Shown piece by piece: positions 26,901 through 39,127 of a DNA stretch of 64,000 nucleotides (positions are counted from its first letter, which is position 1; every line of letters starts with the position of its first letter). The notes under the pieces are model-generated. The model worked only from the letters and a program-made list of their open reading frames with translations. It searched no databases and had not been told where the DNA came from. The DNA comes from Auanema rhodensis (taxonomy: Eukaryota > Animalia > Nematoda). The translations under genes were made by a program, and so were the position numbers. The DNA lies in NCBI GenBank assembly GCA_964057225.1, contig OZ059895.1, positions 4,526,001 through 4,590,000 on the forward strand, read 5' to 3'.

Positions 26901-29900
26901 TGAGAAACGCTTAATACAAAAATTAGTTATGATCGTTTGAAAAATGATGCATTAGTGTATGTTGAGTTTCCATGTACACTCAACATTGCTTCCAAAAACA
27001 TTTTGACAAAAATTTTTTCGAAAAATTTCAAAATAATTTAGCAAAAAGTAGATGTTTTTAGATTCCTTTTTTCAAGGCAAAGACGATGGACAATGTTATT
27101 CAACGAAAAAATTAATTCTTCAGGGTGAAAATCGAGGATATAAGTGTGAACTTATATCAGTTGATATCTCGGTGCATTTTTAAGCTAGCGCAAATCTGAT
27201 AACACAGATCGACGCAGCTTAAAAATCCGCATCGAATGCACTATACTACATTGAGAAACGCTTAATACAAAAATTAGTTATGATCGTTTGAAAAATGATG
27301 CATTAGTGTATGTTGAGTTTCCATGTACACTCAACATTGCTTCCAAAAACATTTTGACAAAAATTTTTTCGAAAAATTTCAAAATAATTTAGCAAAAAGT
27401 AGATGTTTTTAGATTCCTTTTTTCAAGGCAAAGATGATGGACAATGTTATTCAACGAAAAAATCAATTCTTCAGGGTGAAAATCGAGGATATAAGTGTGA
27501 ACTTATATTAGTTGATATCTCGGTGCATTTTCAAGCTAGCGCAAATCTGATAACACAGATCGACGCAGCTTAAAAATCCGCATCGAATGCACTATACTTC
27601 ATTGAGAAACGCTTAATACAAAAATTAGTTATGATCGTTTGAAAAATGATGCATTAGTGTATGTTGAGTTTCCATGTACACTCAACATTGCTTCCAAAAA
27701 CATTTTGACAAAAATTTTTTCGAAAAATTTCAAAATAATTTAGCAAAAAGTAGATGTTTTTAGATTCCTTTTTTTAAGGCAAAAATGATGGACAATGTTA
27801 TTCAACGAAAAAATCAATTCTTCAGGGTGAAAATCGAGGATATAAGTGTGAACTTATATCAGTTGATATCTCGGTGCATTTTCAAGCTAGCGCAAATCTG
27901 ATAACACAGATCGACGCAGCTTAAAAATCCGCATCGAATGCACTATACTACATTGAGAAACGCTAAATACAAAAATTAGTTATGATCGTTTGAAAAATGA
28001 TGCATTAGTGTATGTTGAGTTTCCATGTACACTCAACATTGCTTCCAAAAACATTTTGACAAAAATTTTTTCGAAAAATTTCAAAATAATTTAGCAAAAA
28101 GTAGATGTTTTTAGATTCCTTTATTCGAGGCAAAGATGATGGACAATGTTATTCAACGAAAAAATTAATTCTTCAGGGTGAAAATCGAGGATATAAGTGT
28201 GAACTTATATCAGTTGATATCTCGGTGCATTTTCAAGCTAGCGCAAACCTGATAACACAGATCGACGCAGCTTAAAAATCCGCATCGAATGCACTATACT
28301 ACATTGAGAAACGCTTAATACAAAAATTAGTTATGATCGTTTGAAAAATGATGCATTAGTGTATGTTGAGTTTCCATGTACACTCAACATTGCTTCCAAA
28401 AACATTTTGACAAAAATTTTTTCGAAAAATTTCAAAATAATTTAGCAAAAAGTAGATGTTTTTAGATTCCTTTTTTCAAGGCAAAGACGATGGACAATGT
28501 TATTCAACGAAAAAATTAATTCTTCAGGGTGAAAATCGAGGATATAAGTGTGAACTTATATCAGTTGATATCTCGGTGCATTTTCAAGCTAGCGCAAATC
28601 TGATAACACAGATCGACGCAGCTTAAAAATCCGCATCGAATGCACTATACTTCATTGAGAAACGCTTAATACAAAAATTAGTTATGATTGTTTGAAAAAT
28701 GATGCATTAGTGTATGTTGAGTTTCCATGTACACTCAACATTGCTTCCAAAAACATTTTGACAAAAATTTTTTCGAAAAATTTCAAAATAATATAGCAAA
28801 AAGTAGATGTTTTTAGATTCCTTTTTTCAAGGCAAAGACGATGGACAATGTTATTCAACGAAAAAATTAATTCTTCAGGGTGAAAATCGAGGATATAAGT
28901 GTGAACTTATATCAGTTGATATCTCGGTGCATTTTTAAGCTAGCGCAAATCTGATAACACAGATCGACGCAGCTTAAAAATCCGCATCGAATGCACTATA
29001 CTACATTGAGAAACGCTTAATACAAAAATTAGTTATGATCGTTTGAAAAATGATGCATTAGTGTATGTTGAGTTTCCATGTACACTCAACATTGCTTCCA
29101 AAAACATTTTGACAAAAATTTTTTCGAAAAATTTCAAAATAATTTAGCAAAAAGTAGATGTTTTTAGATTCCTTTTTTCAAGGCAAAGATGATGGACAAT
29201 GTTATTCAACGAAAAAATCAATTCTTCAGGGTGAAAATCGAGGATATAAGTGTGAACTTATATTAGTTGATATCTCGGTGCATTTTCAAGCTAGCGCAAA
29301 TCTGATAACACAGATCGACGCAGCTTAAAAATCCGCATCGAATGCACTATACTTCATTGAGAAACGCTTAATACAAAAATTAGTTATGATCGTTTGAAAA
29401 ATGATGCATTAGTGTATGTTGAGTTTCCATGTACACTCAACATTGCTTCCAAAAACATTTTGACAAAAATTTTTTCGAAAAATTTCAAAATAATTTAGCA
29501 AAAAGTAGATGTTTTTAGATTCCTTTATTCGAGGCAAAGATGATGGACAATGTTATTCAACGAAAAAATTAATTCTTCAGGGTGAAAATCGAGGATATAA
29601 GTGTGAACTTATATCAGTTGATATCTCGGTGCATTTTCAAGCTAGCGCAAACCTGATAACACAGATCGACGCAGCTTAAAAATCCGCATCGAATGCACTA
29701 TACTACATTGAGAAACGCTTAATACAAAAATTAGTTATGATCGTTTGAAAAATGATGCATTAGTGTATGTTGAGTTTCCATGTACACTCAACATTGCTTC
29801 CAAAAACATTTTGACAAAAATTTTTTCGAAAAATTTCAAAATAATTTAGCAAAAAGTAGATGTTTTTAGATTCCTTTTTTCAAGGCAAAGACGATGGACA

Positions 29901-32490
29901 ATGTTATTCAACGAAAAAATTAATTCTTCAGGGTGAAAATCGAGGATATAAGTGTGAACTTATATCAGTTGATATCTCGGTGCATTTTCAAGCTAGCGCA
30001 AATCTGATAACACAGATCGACGCAGCTTAAAAATCCGCATCGAATGCACTATACTTCATTGAGAAACGCTTAATACAAAAATTAGTTATGATTGTTTGAA
30101 AAATGATGCATTAGTGTATGTTGAGTTTCCATGTACACTCAACATTGCTTCCAAAAACATTTTGACAAAAATTTTTTCGAAAAATTTCAAAATAATATAG
30201 CAAAAAGTAGATGTTTTTAGATTCCTTTTTTCAAGGCAAAGACGATGGACAATGTTATTCAACGAAAAAATTAATTCTTCAGGGTGAAAATCGAGGATAT
30301 AAGTGTGAACTTATATCAGTTGATATCTCGGTGCATTTTTAAGCTAGCGCAAATCTGATAACACAGATCGACGCAGCTTAAAAATCCGCATCGAATGCAC
30401 TATACTACATTGAGAAACGCTTAATACAAAAATTAGTTATGATCGTTTGAAAAATGATGCATTAGTGTATGTTGAGTTTCCATGTACACTCAACATTGCT
30501 TCCAAAAACATTTTGACAAAAATTTTTTCGAAAAATTTCAAAATAATTTAGCAAAAAGTAGATGTTTTTAGATTCCTTTTTTCAAGGCAAAGATGATGGA
30601 CAATGTTATTCAACGAAAAAATCAATTCTTCAGGGTGAAAATCGAGGATATAAGTGTGAACTTATATTAGTTGATATCTCGGTGCATTTTCAAGCTAGCG
30701 CAAATCTGATAACACAGATCGACGCAGCTTAAAAATCCGCATCGAATGCACTATACTTCATTGAGAAACGCTTAATACAAAAATTAGTTATGATCGTTTG
30801 AAAAATGATGCATTAGTGTATGTTGAGTTTCCATGTACACTCAACATTGCTTCCAAAAACATTTTGACAAAAATTTTTTCGAAAAATTTCAAAATAATAT
30901 AGCAAAAAGTAGATGTTTTTAGATTTCTTTTTTCAAGGCAAAGACGATGGACAATGTTATTCAACGAAAAAATTAATTCTTCAGGGTGAAAATCGAGGAT
31001 ATAAGTGTGAACTTATATCAGTTGATATCTCGGTGCATTTTCAAGCTAGCGCAAACCTGATAACACAGATCGACGCAGCTTAAAAATCCGCATCGAATGC
31101 ACTATACTTCATTGAGAAACGCTTAATACAAAAATTAGTTATGATCGTTTGAAAAATGATGCATTAGTGTATGTTGAGTTTCCATGTACACTCAACATTG
31201 CTTCCAAAAACATTTTGACAAAAATTTTTTCGAAAAATTTCAAAATAATTTAGCAAAAAGTAGATGTTTTTAGATTCCTTTTTTCAAGGCAAAGATGATG
31301 GACAATGTTATTCAACGAAAAAATCAATTCTTCAGGGTGAAAATCGAGGATATAAGTGTGAACTTATATTAGTTGATATCTCGGTGCATTTTCAAGCTAG
31401 CGCAAATCTGATAACACAGATCGACGCAGCTTAAAAATCCGCATCGAATGCACTATACTTCATTGAGAAACGCTTAATACAAAAATTAGTTATGATCGTT
31501 TGAAAAATGATGCATTAGTGTATGTTGAGTTTCCATGTACACTCAACATTGCTTCCAAAAACATTTTGACAAAAATTTTTTCGAAAAATTTCAAAATAAT
31601 TTAGCAAAAAGTAGATGTTTTTAGATTCCTTTTTTCAAGGCAAAGACGATGGACAATGTTATTCAACGAAAAAATTAATTATTCAGGGTGAAAATCGAGG
31701 ATATAAGTGTGAACTTATATCAGTTGATATCTCGGTGCATTTTCAAGCTAGCGCAAATCTGATAACACAGATCGACGCAGCTTAAAAATCCGCATCGAAT
31801 GCACTATACTTCATTGAGAAACGCTTAATACAAAAATTAGTTATGATCGTTTGAAAAATGATGCATTAGTGTATGTTGAGTTTCCATGTACACTCAACAT
31901 TGCTTCCAAAAACATTTTGACAAAAATTTTTTCGAAAAATTTCAAAATAATATAGCAAAAAGTAGATGTTTTTAGATTCCTTTTTTCAAGGCAAAGACGA
32001 TGGACAATGTTATTCAACGAAAAAATTAATTCTTCAGGGTGAAAATCGAGGATATATGTGTGAACTTATATCAGTTGATATCTCGGTGCATTTTCAAGCT
32101 AGCGCAAATCTGATAACACAGATCGACGCAGCTTAAAAATCCGCATCGAATGCACTATACTTTATTGAGAAACGCTTAATACAAAAATTAGTTATGATCG
32201 TTTGAAAAATGATGCATTAGTGTATGTTGAGTTTCCATGTACACTCAACATTGCTTCCAAAAACATTTTGACAACAATTTTTTCGAAAAATTTCAAAATA
32301 ATTTAGCAAAAAGTAGATGTTTTTAGATTCCTTTTTTCAAGGCAAAGATGATGGACAATGTTATTCAACGAAAAAATTAATTCTTCAGGGTGAAAATCGA
32401 GGATATAAGTGTGAACATATATCAGTTGATATCTCGGTGCATTTTCAAGCTAGCGCAAATCTGATAACACAGATCGACGCAGCTTAAAAA
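5954..32490. repeat. 351-bp tandem satellite array, about 76 monomers
   Basis: tgagtttccatgtacactc recurs at 5954, 6305, 6656 and onward (period 351). Monomers differ by a few SNPs, with 345-bp (6-bp deletion) and 350-bp variants. Confidence 0.99.
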
Positions 32491-32548
32491 TTATTCTATT
32501 TTACTAGTCTACGACGTTAAATAAGAATTATATTTATTCGAAATGCTT
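32491..32548. repeat. DIRS 3' terminal sequence (terminal extension and start of the terminal repeat)
   Basis: 32491-32542 is the exact reverse complement of 32921-32972, and tatatttattcgaaatgctt (32529-32548) recurs at 32974-32993. Confidence 0.85.
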
Positions 32549-32920
32549 TATTTCGTAATAGGTCCTCACATAAAACAAACAAAAAAAAAATTCAAATTAT
32601 CTCTCAGGTTCCCTTTCCCACGTTTCTTTGGGCGGGAAACAGTGAGAGTAAGCGATCGTCCTTATTCATTTCAGGTGTCCAAAAAAGGAAGAATAGAAAG
32701 GCAGCATAACAATAACAAAATAAAAGAACAATAGTAACAGAAGGAAAGGAAAGGCTGCGGATAGCAGGCAGCATGCTAATCTATCTCTTGCGGTCGTAGT
32801 TGGTGCGTTGTGCAGGCTTGAATCTGGAAAGTTATGATAAAGACATCGAAAGTGGGCGAGCTCGAGTGGAAGTCCTCAGGTTGGTTAGCGGGAGCGCAGT
32901 AGGGGTGGAGGTGGGAGATA

Positions 32921-32993
32921 TTCGAATAAATATAATTCTTATTTAACGTCGTAGACTAGTAAAATAGAATAACTATATTTATTCGAAATGCTT
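32921..32993. repeat. DIRS internal complementary region (ICR)
   Basis: Two abutting segments matching the element termini, located just past the YR stop codon, as in DIRS1-like elements. Confidence 0.85.
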
Positions 32994-32995
32994 CT

Positions 32996-33841
32996 TCAAA
33001 AAAGAATCTTGGACTGGAACGAGGTTCTTCGCTCATAGTGGGTGAAGAAGGTTTTTTCTGAAGCCCAGTTAGCCGCCTTGAGGATGTCGCCTATAGGTAG
33101 ACCTTGCGCTAGTGCCTTCGAGGTCACAGCCGAGCGTGTTGAGTGAGCTTTGAAGGTAGTGGGTATGCCCGCGCTGTGCAGGGTCTTTCTAATCCAACCA
33201 GAAATGGTGGTGGGTTCCACTGCTGCTCCATTCTTTCTGTTAAGAAAGAGGCATCTTGTTCGGCGGAGTTCCATGGTTCGAGATAGGTATTCATTTATGC
33301 AGTTAATAGGGCACAGGTTATTGCGTGTGGGGAAGTTCTCGAACTTCGCTTCATGCGGGGGTCCCTTAGATCTGTTTTTATTGCGTTTATTTATGAAGAA
33401 AGTTAACCCTTCTGCGTCGATACGCATGTGATCTAGGGAGAAAACGGCCAATTCGCTCACCCTCTTTGGAGAGCATAGGGCCAATAGAGTGGCTAGCTTG
33501 TGAGTGAGAGACTCTAGGCTGAGTTGGACGTTGGGGCCCAGCCTATCAAGGAAGTCCAAGACTTCGGAGGGGTCCCAGGTGTCTACGTACCTAGCCCCTG
33601 AAGGCTTCTCTCTGAACAAACCCCTCATGAGGCGGAGGAGCAGCACGTTCTCCTTTAGGGAGGGGGAGACCCCTAGGTGATCGGCCAATGCGGATATCGC
33701 TACCTTGTGTATGCGTACTGTGGAGAAGGCCTTAGTTTGAGCGAGAAATGATAGATAGTTAGCAACCGTTACTGGGTTGGGAGTAAAAGGTATCTTCTGC
33801 TTATTGCAGTAAGCTTTCCAGTTCTTGAGAGCACAGCCGTA
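32996..33841 (-). pseudogene. DIRS tyrosine recombinase, C-terminal part (split by Maverick A)
   Basis: Catalytic motifs PKRVSEL, CP, HSTRS, AANW and HY are present. The first residues of the ORF-track protein come from the Maverick TIR. Confidence 0.93.
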
Positions 33842-34470
33842 AGTAGAGAGCCATGCCGAATTTACTAACCACGCCCCCAAACAGTTGCTAAAAACATACT
33901 TTTGGGGGCGTCAGCTGCTAAAAACATACTTTTGGGGGCGTCAGCTGTCAAAATCATATTTTCGGCGTCAGGTGTCAAAAATATACTTTTCCTCCCGATG
34001 CAGGCTCTCGAGCCTGCGCATGAATCAAAATGCATGATTTTTTTTTAAATCTTTTTAAAAATTATTTTTTAATGTATTTTAAATGAATTTTTATTATTTA
34101 TATATTTGTTAATTGTATTTGTAAATATTTTCAAACTTATTTCTTTTTAAATGTATTTTTAATATTTATATATGTTTTAAATATTATTATTTAATTATTT
34201 CTTTTTAAATATATTTTTAAACTTATTTCTTTTTAAATGTATTCGATATTAATATATTTTTTAATTGTATCTTTAAAACTGAATAAATTATTTCTCATAT
34301 ATATTGTTTTTTTTATTTATTTAAATAAATTTAAAAGGTAATCAATACGTTCACTGTACCTCTTATGGGTTAATCAATGGAACTCATATCGAAGGTTAAT
34401 TCGATAAGAAGTAATAAATATTTAAACTAAATTTAATGAAACACATATCGAAGGTTAATTCGATAAGATC
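33842..34470 (+). repeat. Maverick A left TIR (imperfect, ~630 bp)
   Basis: Inverted match to ~50113-50741. Contains ~30-bp tandem sub-repeats (33882-33990) and the hairpin gcaggctctcgagcctgc (34000-34017). Confidence 0.9.
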
Positions 34471-35356
34471 GTTAAAACAGGTGCACTACACATGTACCAC
34501 ATGGCAAAAGTTGTGTTCATAAAAATATGATAAATAGCTGTACACCACATGTACCTATAACGCTAAAGAATACTTACTATGCCAAGGGGTCATGAGTATA
34601 TACGAATATTTTCAAACTTTTTAGCATCAAAAAATGTTACTTTAAAGTAATTGTTGTTGTAGCCCTAATAGTTTATAAATGTTCTGATAGCTAATGTATT
34701 TCATAACTATGTTCAAGAATAGAATAAATGTTTCGTAATATATTTATTGAACAATAAATTTTCATTTAAAATTAGAACATGTGTTAACATTTTGTAAGAG
34801 TTTCTTTTTTACAAAGTGTCTGGAAATGTTGTACTTGTAATCGGATGTGTACAAGTCTGTTTTTCGCAACAATCCTGCGTTTCCTCAGAAGGATCCAACA
34901 TTTTGAATTAGTGTTTCCTAAACTATAAAAATAAGAGTGTACCACAGCTGTTATAATAAGAATATGAATACAATATTAAACGATCCTATTGTAATATTCC
35001 ACAATTTTGGCTGACAGTTGTTATTGTATAAGGACTTGTCACAAATGAGTTGAATTATTGTTAAATGTTTGGATTTACGAAATCGAATGCTGTAACAAGT
35101 AATTAATAAGCGGTTAGTTTACAGGTTGTTAATCCGGCAACTGTTGGCGCAATCGGTGAATTTTAGCGCATTTGGCAGCTGTTTGCGCAACAAACTGCTA
35201 ATTAATGTATAAATGCATATATTTGTTGTAATATATAACAAATAGAAAAGCCGCATACAGCAGTCAACTGTTTTGTGAAAGAGGCGGAGTGGGTAGCGCT
35301 TTACAACAAAGTTTGTATAAAAGGTGGCAAAATTTTTTAGACCGAAATTTGCATTT

Positions 35357-35480
35357 CAGCTCCGCCAACAAGTCGACTCTACGATCCAGCTCTGTCAACA
35401 AGTCTACTCTCCGATCCAGCTCCGCCACCAAGTCTTCTCGCCGATCCACCTCTGCCAACAAGCCGACGATCTGATCCAAC
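35357..35480 (+). repeat. Four degenerate 30-bp tandem repeats upstream of the accessory gene
   Basis: cagctccgccaacaagtcgactctacgatc-like units, in frame with the downstream ORF (LRQQVDSTIQ-like). Confidence 0.8.
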
Positions 35481-35578
35481 GTCAACAGACTGCTGCTAGG
35501 ACTTTCCTCTACTCTACTTGGACCCTAGACGTAAAAGTTCGTTGTTCTTTAGGAAAAGCCTCTAATTGGGCTACAAAC

Positions 35579-36172
35579 ATGAAGCGTTCCGCTCTTGTTG
35601 ATGTAGAGAATATTGTACCTTCGACACCGGAACCGGATGTTTCAAGACCACCCACACCAGGACCCAACTTTGCTGCCACATTCTTTGGTAAGGTTTTATT
35701 TTTGTTATTAATTATTTTTTGTTTAGACACACCAAAAAAGCAGGTACAAATCTCAAAGGATAGCTCTCCACAACAGCCTGTAGTTATGAGACCAATATGT
35801 CTCTGCAAAACTTGTAGGGATACATTGCAAGTCGTAGACGAGTACCACTGTTTCAGCCTCTGTGTCAAGTGTAGAGCGAGGAATGATGCCTTAGGGCTTT
35901 TAAAAGTTTTCCGTCATTATAAACCTGAAAATTCAACAATCAATGTGAGATTATGAAATTATTAATTCTAATTATTATTTTTTCTTTTACAGATGCGTTC
36001 CTATTCTAGCATGTCATCAAAACAATTGTTGAATAATATGGGTTACATTGCCATTTATACTGATGAGTCAACTGTCAAGTCTTTTGGTTATAAGCAGAAT
36101 GTGTTCTACTTTAAATTAAGTCAACAGGCGCTCAACTTGAATATGCTTATCCGTTTTGATCCATCGTTTTGA
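35579..36172 (+). CDS. Spliced Maverick accessory gene with a Cys/His zinc-binding cluster (~168 aa), function unknown
   Basis: Predicted exons 35579-35687, 35727-35944 and 35993-36172, joined by GT-AG introns that keep the frame. Motif CLCKTC-x11-HCFSLCVKC; Pro/Thr/acidic N-terminus. Confidence 0.6.
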
Positions 36173-36469
36173 CTACAACAAGCACAAACTGTTTAATGGA
36201 CAGTTGGTTGATTTTGTTATGTTATATTTAAATTTTCTTAGCCGTAACATTTTTTTTTCCAGCTCTTGAAGTTTGAAATTATCCATCAACAGCCAACTCT
36301 CAAACCAACTGGTAAGCATTGAAAATTTAAATATTAATCAGTTTATAATTATAGGTTATATCATTGTCTTGGCTTTTATGTTTTGCTGGTTTTTTATTGT
36401 TACAATATAAACGATTGATCAAATAAATCATTTATTATTAATACAATTGTTTACAACAACAGTGAGAAA

Positions 36470-37576
36470 TTATACATTTAAATTTTCTGCATCTATCCAT
36501 TCATTAAAGTTGTCGGGATAGCCACTCCATTTTACAAATACTTGGCGTTTACCATTTCGTGTACGCTCTTTCAAAACTTTCTCAATATAGTACTGGTTGC
36601 TTTTATTAGTAGCCAACATAAGTTCAGGCTCATAGAATATTCCCTTTATACGTTCACCATTATAATCTACAAGTTTATACACGGTTGGGTTCCCGGCTAC
36701 AATCTCATCAATTGTGAATAGTTCCATTGTATATCCAGACTCGTAACTTTTTTTAAAAGTACGCCTGTTCTTGCTTATGCGAACATTATCACCAATTTTG
36801 AATCGGTTGCGAACAGCTGGTGCATATTCTTCAACGAATATATTTGCTGTAACATCTACGGGGCGCATTTTAATCGACCGATTATAAGATTTGTTTATTC
36901 CTTCGACCAAGTCATCTAGTATATCAATCCATCGATGATTATTCTTGTAATAGAGATATTTCATCATGCGCGTTTTTAAAGTTCTATTTGCTCGCTCCAC
37001 CATTGCCGCCTTTTGTGGTGAACTTGTTGATCCATGCAGTATGGCAAATTTTTTGAATAGTTTTTCACAATGACTATTATAAAACTCTGCACCGTTATCC
37101 GTTATTAGTTGGATTGGTATAAAATCCTTGAATACATTTTCAAATGCAGTAGCAACCTCTAAACCACCTTTAGTTTTCAAAGGCCTAACATATAACATGC
37201 GTGTATAAACATCAATCATGGTCAACATGTAAGCATAGCCGTCATTTGATTTTTTATATTTTTGCATATCAACCAAATCTGCTTGCATTGTTAGGAATCG
37301 ACCACAGCCTCTAGTCTTTTTAGTCTGCATATGCAGTCTCGTTGGTTTATGACGTGTAAAAGTTTCAGAGTCTTGCAAAAAACTTTCAACTTGTGCTTTT
37401 GCGATGCCATGCTTTCGCGCTTCCAATATTAGATTTTTGGCAGACGTATAAGAAGCTGGATGCTTAATATTATAATAAATGTTCTCCAAAACATTACTTC
37501 CATAATCTAATGTAGAATCGTTTACGGCCTTTACCATTCTGTGTTTCTCCCGCCTGAGGTGTGTAATATGATTCAC
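36470..37576 (-). CDS. Maverick retroviral-like (rve) integrase with C-terminal chromodomain
   Basis: QADLVDM, IDVYTR, TDNGAEF and VERANRTLK (DDE core); C-terminal YYIEKVL...VKWSGYPDNFNEWI. Confidence 0.96.
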   Translation of the reverse strand: MNHITHLRREKHRMVKAVNDSTLDYGSNVLENIYYNIKHPASYTSAKNLILEARKHGIAKAQVESFLQDSETFTRHKPTRLHMQTKKTRGCGRFLTMQADLVDMQKYKKSNDGYAYMLTMIDVYTRMLYVRPLKTKGGLEVATAFENVFKDFIPIQLITDNGAEFYNSHCEKLFKKFAILHGSTSSPQKAAMVERANRTLKTRMMKYLYYKNNHRWIDILDDLVEGINKSYNRSIKMRPVDVTANIFVEEYAPAVRNRFKIGDNVRISKNRRTFKKSYESGYTMELFTIDEIVAGNPTVYKLVDYNGERIKGIFYEPELMLATNKSNQYYIEKVLKERTRNGKRQVFVKWSGYPDNFNEWIDAENLNV

Positions 37577-38411
37577 CAGTGTCAGCGGGTTTTGTCTTTT
37601 TATTTATAGCTTTGGATTTAAATGTACGACGCGGAGAGGGTGAATATCGAATAACAGCCTTACGGTGACGTGGTGTTCTAGGTAATATATTAATAGTAGC
37701 ATCCAAGTCTGTGACAGCCGATGTGGATGTAGGCACGGGCTCAACTGAATCCTTGTTACTGACGGCAGGCTCTACATTTTTTGCCTTCTTATTAGGGCTA
37801 GAGACCCCATTACTGGCTAAGAATTTGGCTAATACTGAGAATCCATTGGGTTCCGTTTTTGTTTTATCCAGTACAAAATCCAAAATTTTTGTAATATTTG
37901 TGTTTGGTACGGGCTCATTATTAATCACAAGTTGGTTATTTTTGTTTGTACGCACCTCTGGAAATCTTTCCCACAGATCGTTGTACTTTCGTGGCAGCTT
38001 GTATTCTGGCAATAATGGTGGATCAGCATTTTCCACTTGTACTGATATAGGCGCATCTATGCTTTCTCTATAGTTTTTGAGACGGGTGGTTGAGAAGTTG
38101 AGACATCTTTTAAAACCAAAATAAGCAATTCCACATGAAATTATTGTTTTCAATTGTTTGTGTGAAATCGTTGCCAATAAAGTTTTAGCCTTTTCGGGTG
38201 TGCGTATCAAAGCTATTTGACGTAATAATGAGGATATGGGCAAAAGGGTTTTATATTCCTTGTTAGTTAAGAAGAAATTATTATTTTTCACAATATTAAA
38301 TACAATTTCAACAATAATTTCAATTTGTGAAAAAGAAAATGAGGAAACAGAACAAGGGGTTTTGGCACAAGAAGATAAAAAGTTGTAATTTGACAAAATA
38401 CGACCACTCAT
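37494..38411 (-). CDS. Maverick conserved hypothetical protein (possibly two fused modules)
   Basis: 305-aa ORF between the ATPase and integrase, with a C-terminal QNGKG protease-type motif. Its start is repeated in copy B at 63898. Confidence 0.7.
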   Translation of the reverse strand: MSGRILSNYNFLSSCAKTPCSVSSFSFSQIEIIVEIVFNIVKNNNFFLTNKEYKTLLPISSLLRQIALIRTPEKAKTLLATISHKQLKTIISCGIAYFGFKRCLNFSTTRLKNYRESIDAPISVQVENADPPLLPEYKLPRKYNDLWERFPEVRTNKNNQLVINNEPVPNTNITKILDFVLDKTKTEPNGFSVLAKFLASNGVSSPNKKAKNVEPAVSNKDSVEPVPTSTSAVTDLDATINILPRTPRHRKAVIRYSPSPRRTFKSKAINKKTKPADTGESYYTPQAGETQNGKGRKRFYIRLWK

Positions 38412-38423
38412 TGAACATGCACA

Positions 38424-39048
38424 TTAAACACTGAATATATTTCTGGCTACATAAACAATAGGGTGCTCCGCAGTTATATCTGATAGTATACGCTGTTTCT
38501 CATTTGTTAAAGGATGGTTGTCAATCAGTAAATGACTATAGGGTGTAGACATTGTATCATCATATGCTTCTAGAGCATTTTTAAAGCGGGGGCCAAATAA
38601 TTGTTGCAGACAATTGCGTATTTGTAATATATCCGAATGACTTTTCATTAGTATTATATATGTACTATTAATTCGACTGGTCCTGTCGAGCTGAAATGCA
38701 GCTTGCACAAGATTAAACACTGCCAAATTCCAGTGATGTGCCCACACTGTAAAAATGTTGTTGAGTAATTCTTTAGCGGCTTTATTCGATGAGAAAAAAT
38801 TCATCAAATCATCCAGCACTAGTATGGTGTTTACTCCCTTTTGCTCGAAATTGAATAACTATTAAACGCTCATCATTTAATGGAACACCTGACGATGCTC
38901 CACATTGACTGAACCAGAATATTCTATCAATGGGGACGTTGAAAAACTTTTCAGTATTTTCACATATACGTTTTATAAGGGTAGTTTTACCACATTGCGT
39001 TGCCCCTATTACAGTTGTCTGACTGGGTAGTTTGAAGCTGAAAACCAT
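38424..39048 (-). pseudogene. Packaging ATPase (A32/FtsK-like), frameshifted in copy A
   Basis: Walker A GATQCGKTT and Walker B LVLDDLM lie in different frames. Compared with copy B, 27 bp are replaced by 4 bp at 38847-38850. Confidence 0.92.
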
Positions 39049-39127
39049 AATCAACCACTCGTAAATGTACCTATAATGCAAATGATTTCATTTATACTAG
39101 TGTGCACGCATCAGGTGGTGGTCTCTG

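Noticed and set aside
5954-32490. CRISPR array or coding repeat
   Set aside because: Monomers are contiguous near-identical 351-bp units with no unique spacers, no long ORFs and no cas genes.
32996-33880. Tyrosine recombinase as a Maverick gene or phage integrase
   Set aside because: It lies outside the TIR/TSD and rejoins in frame with the DIRS ORF at 50742-51170.
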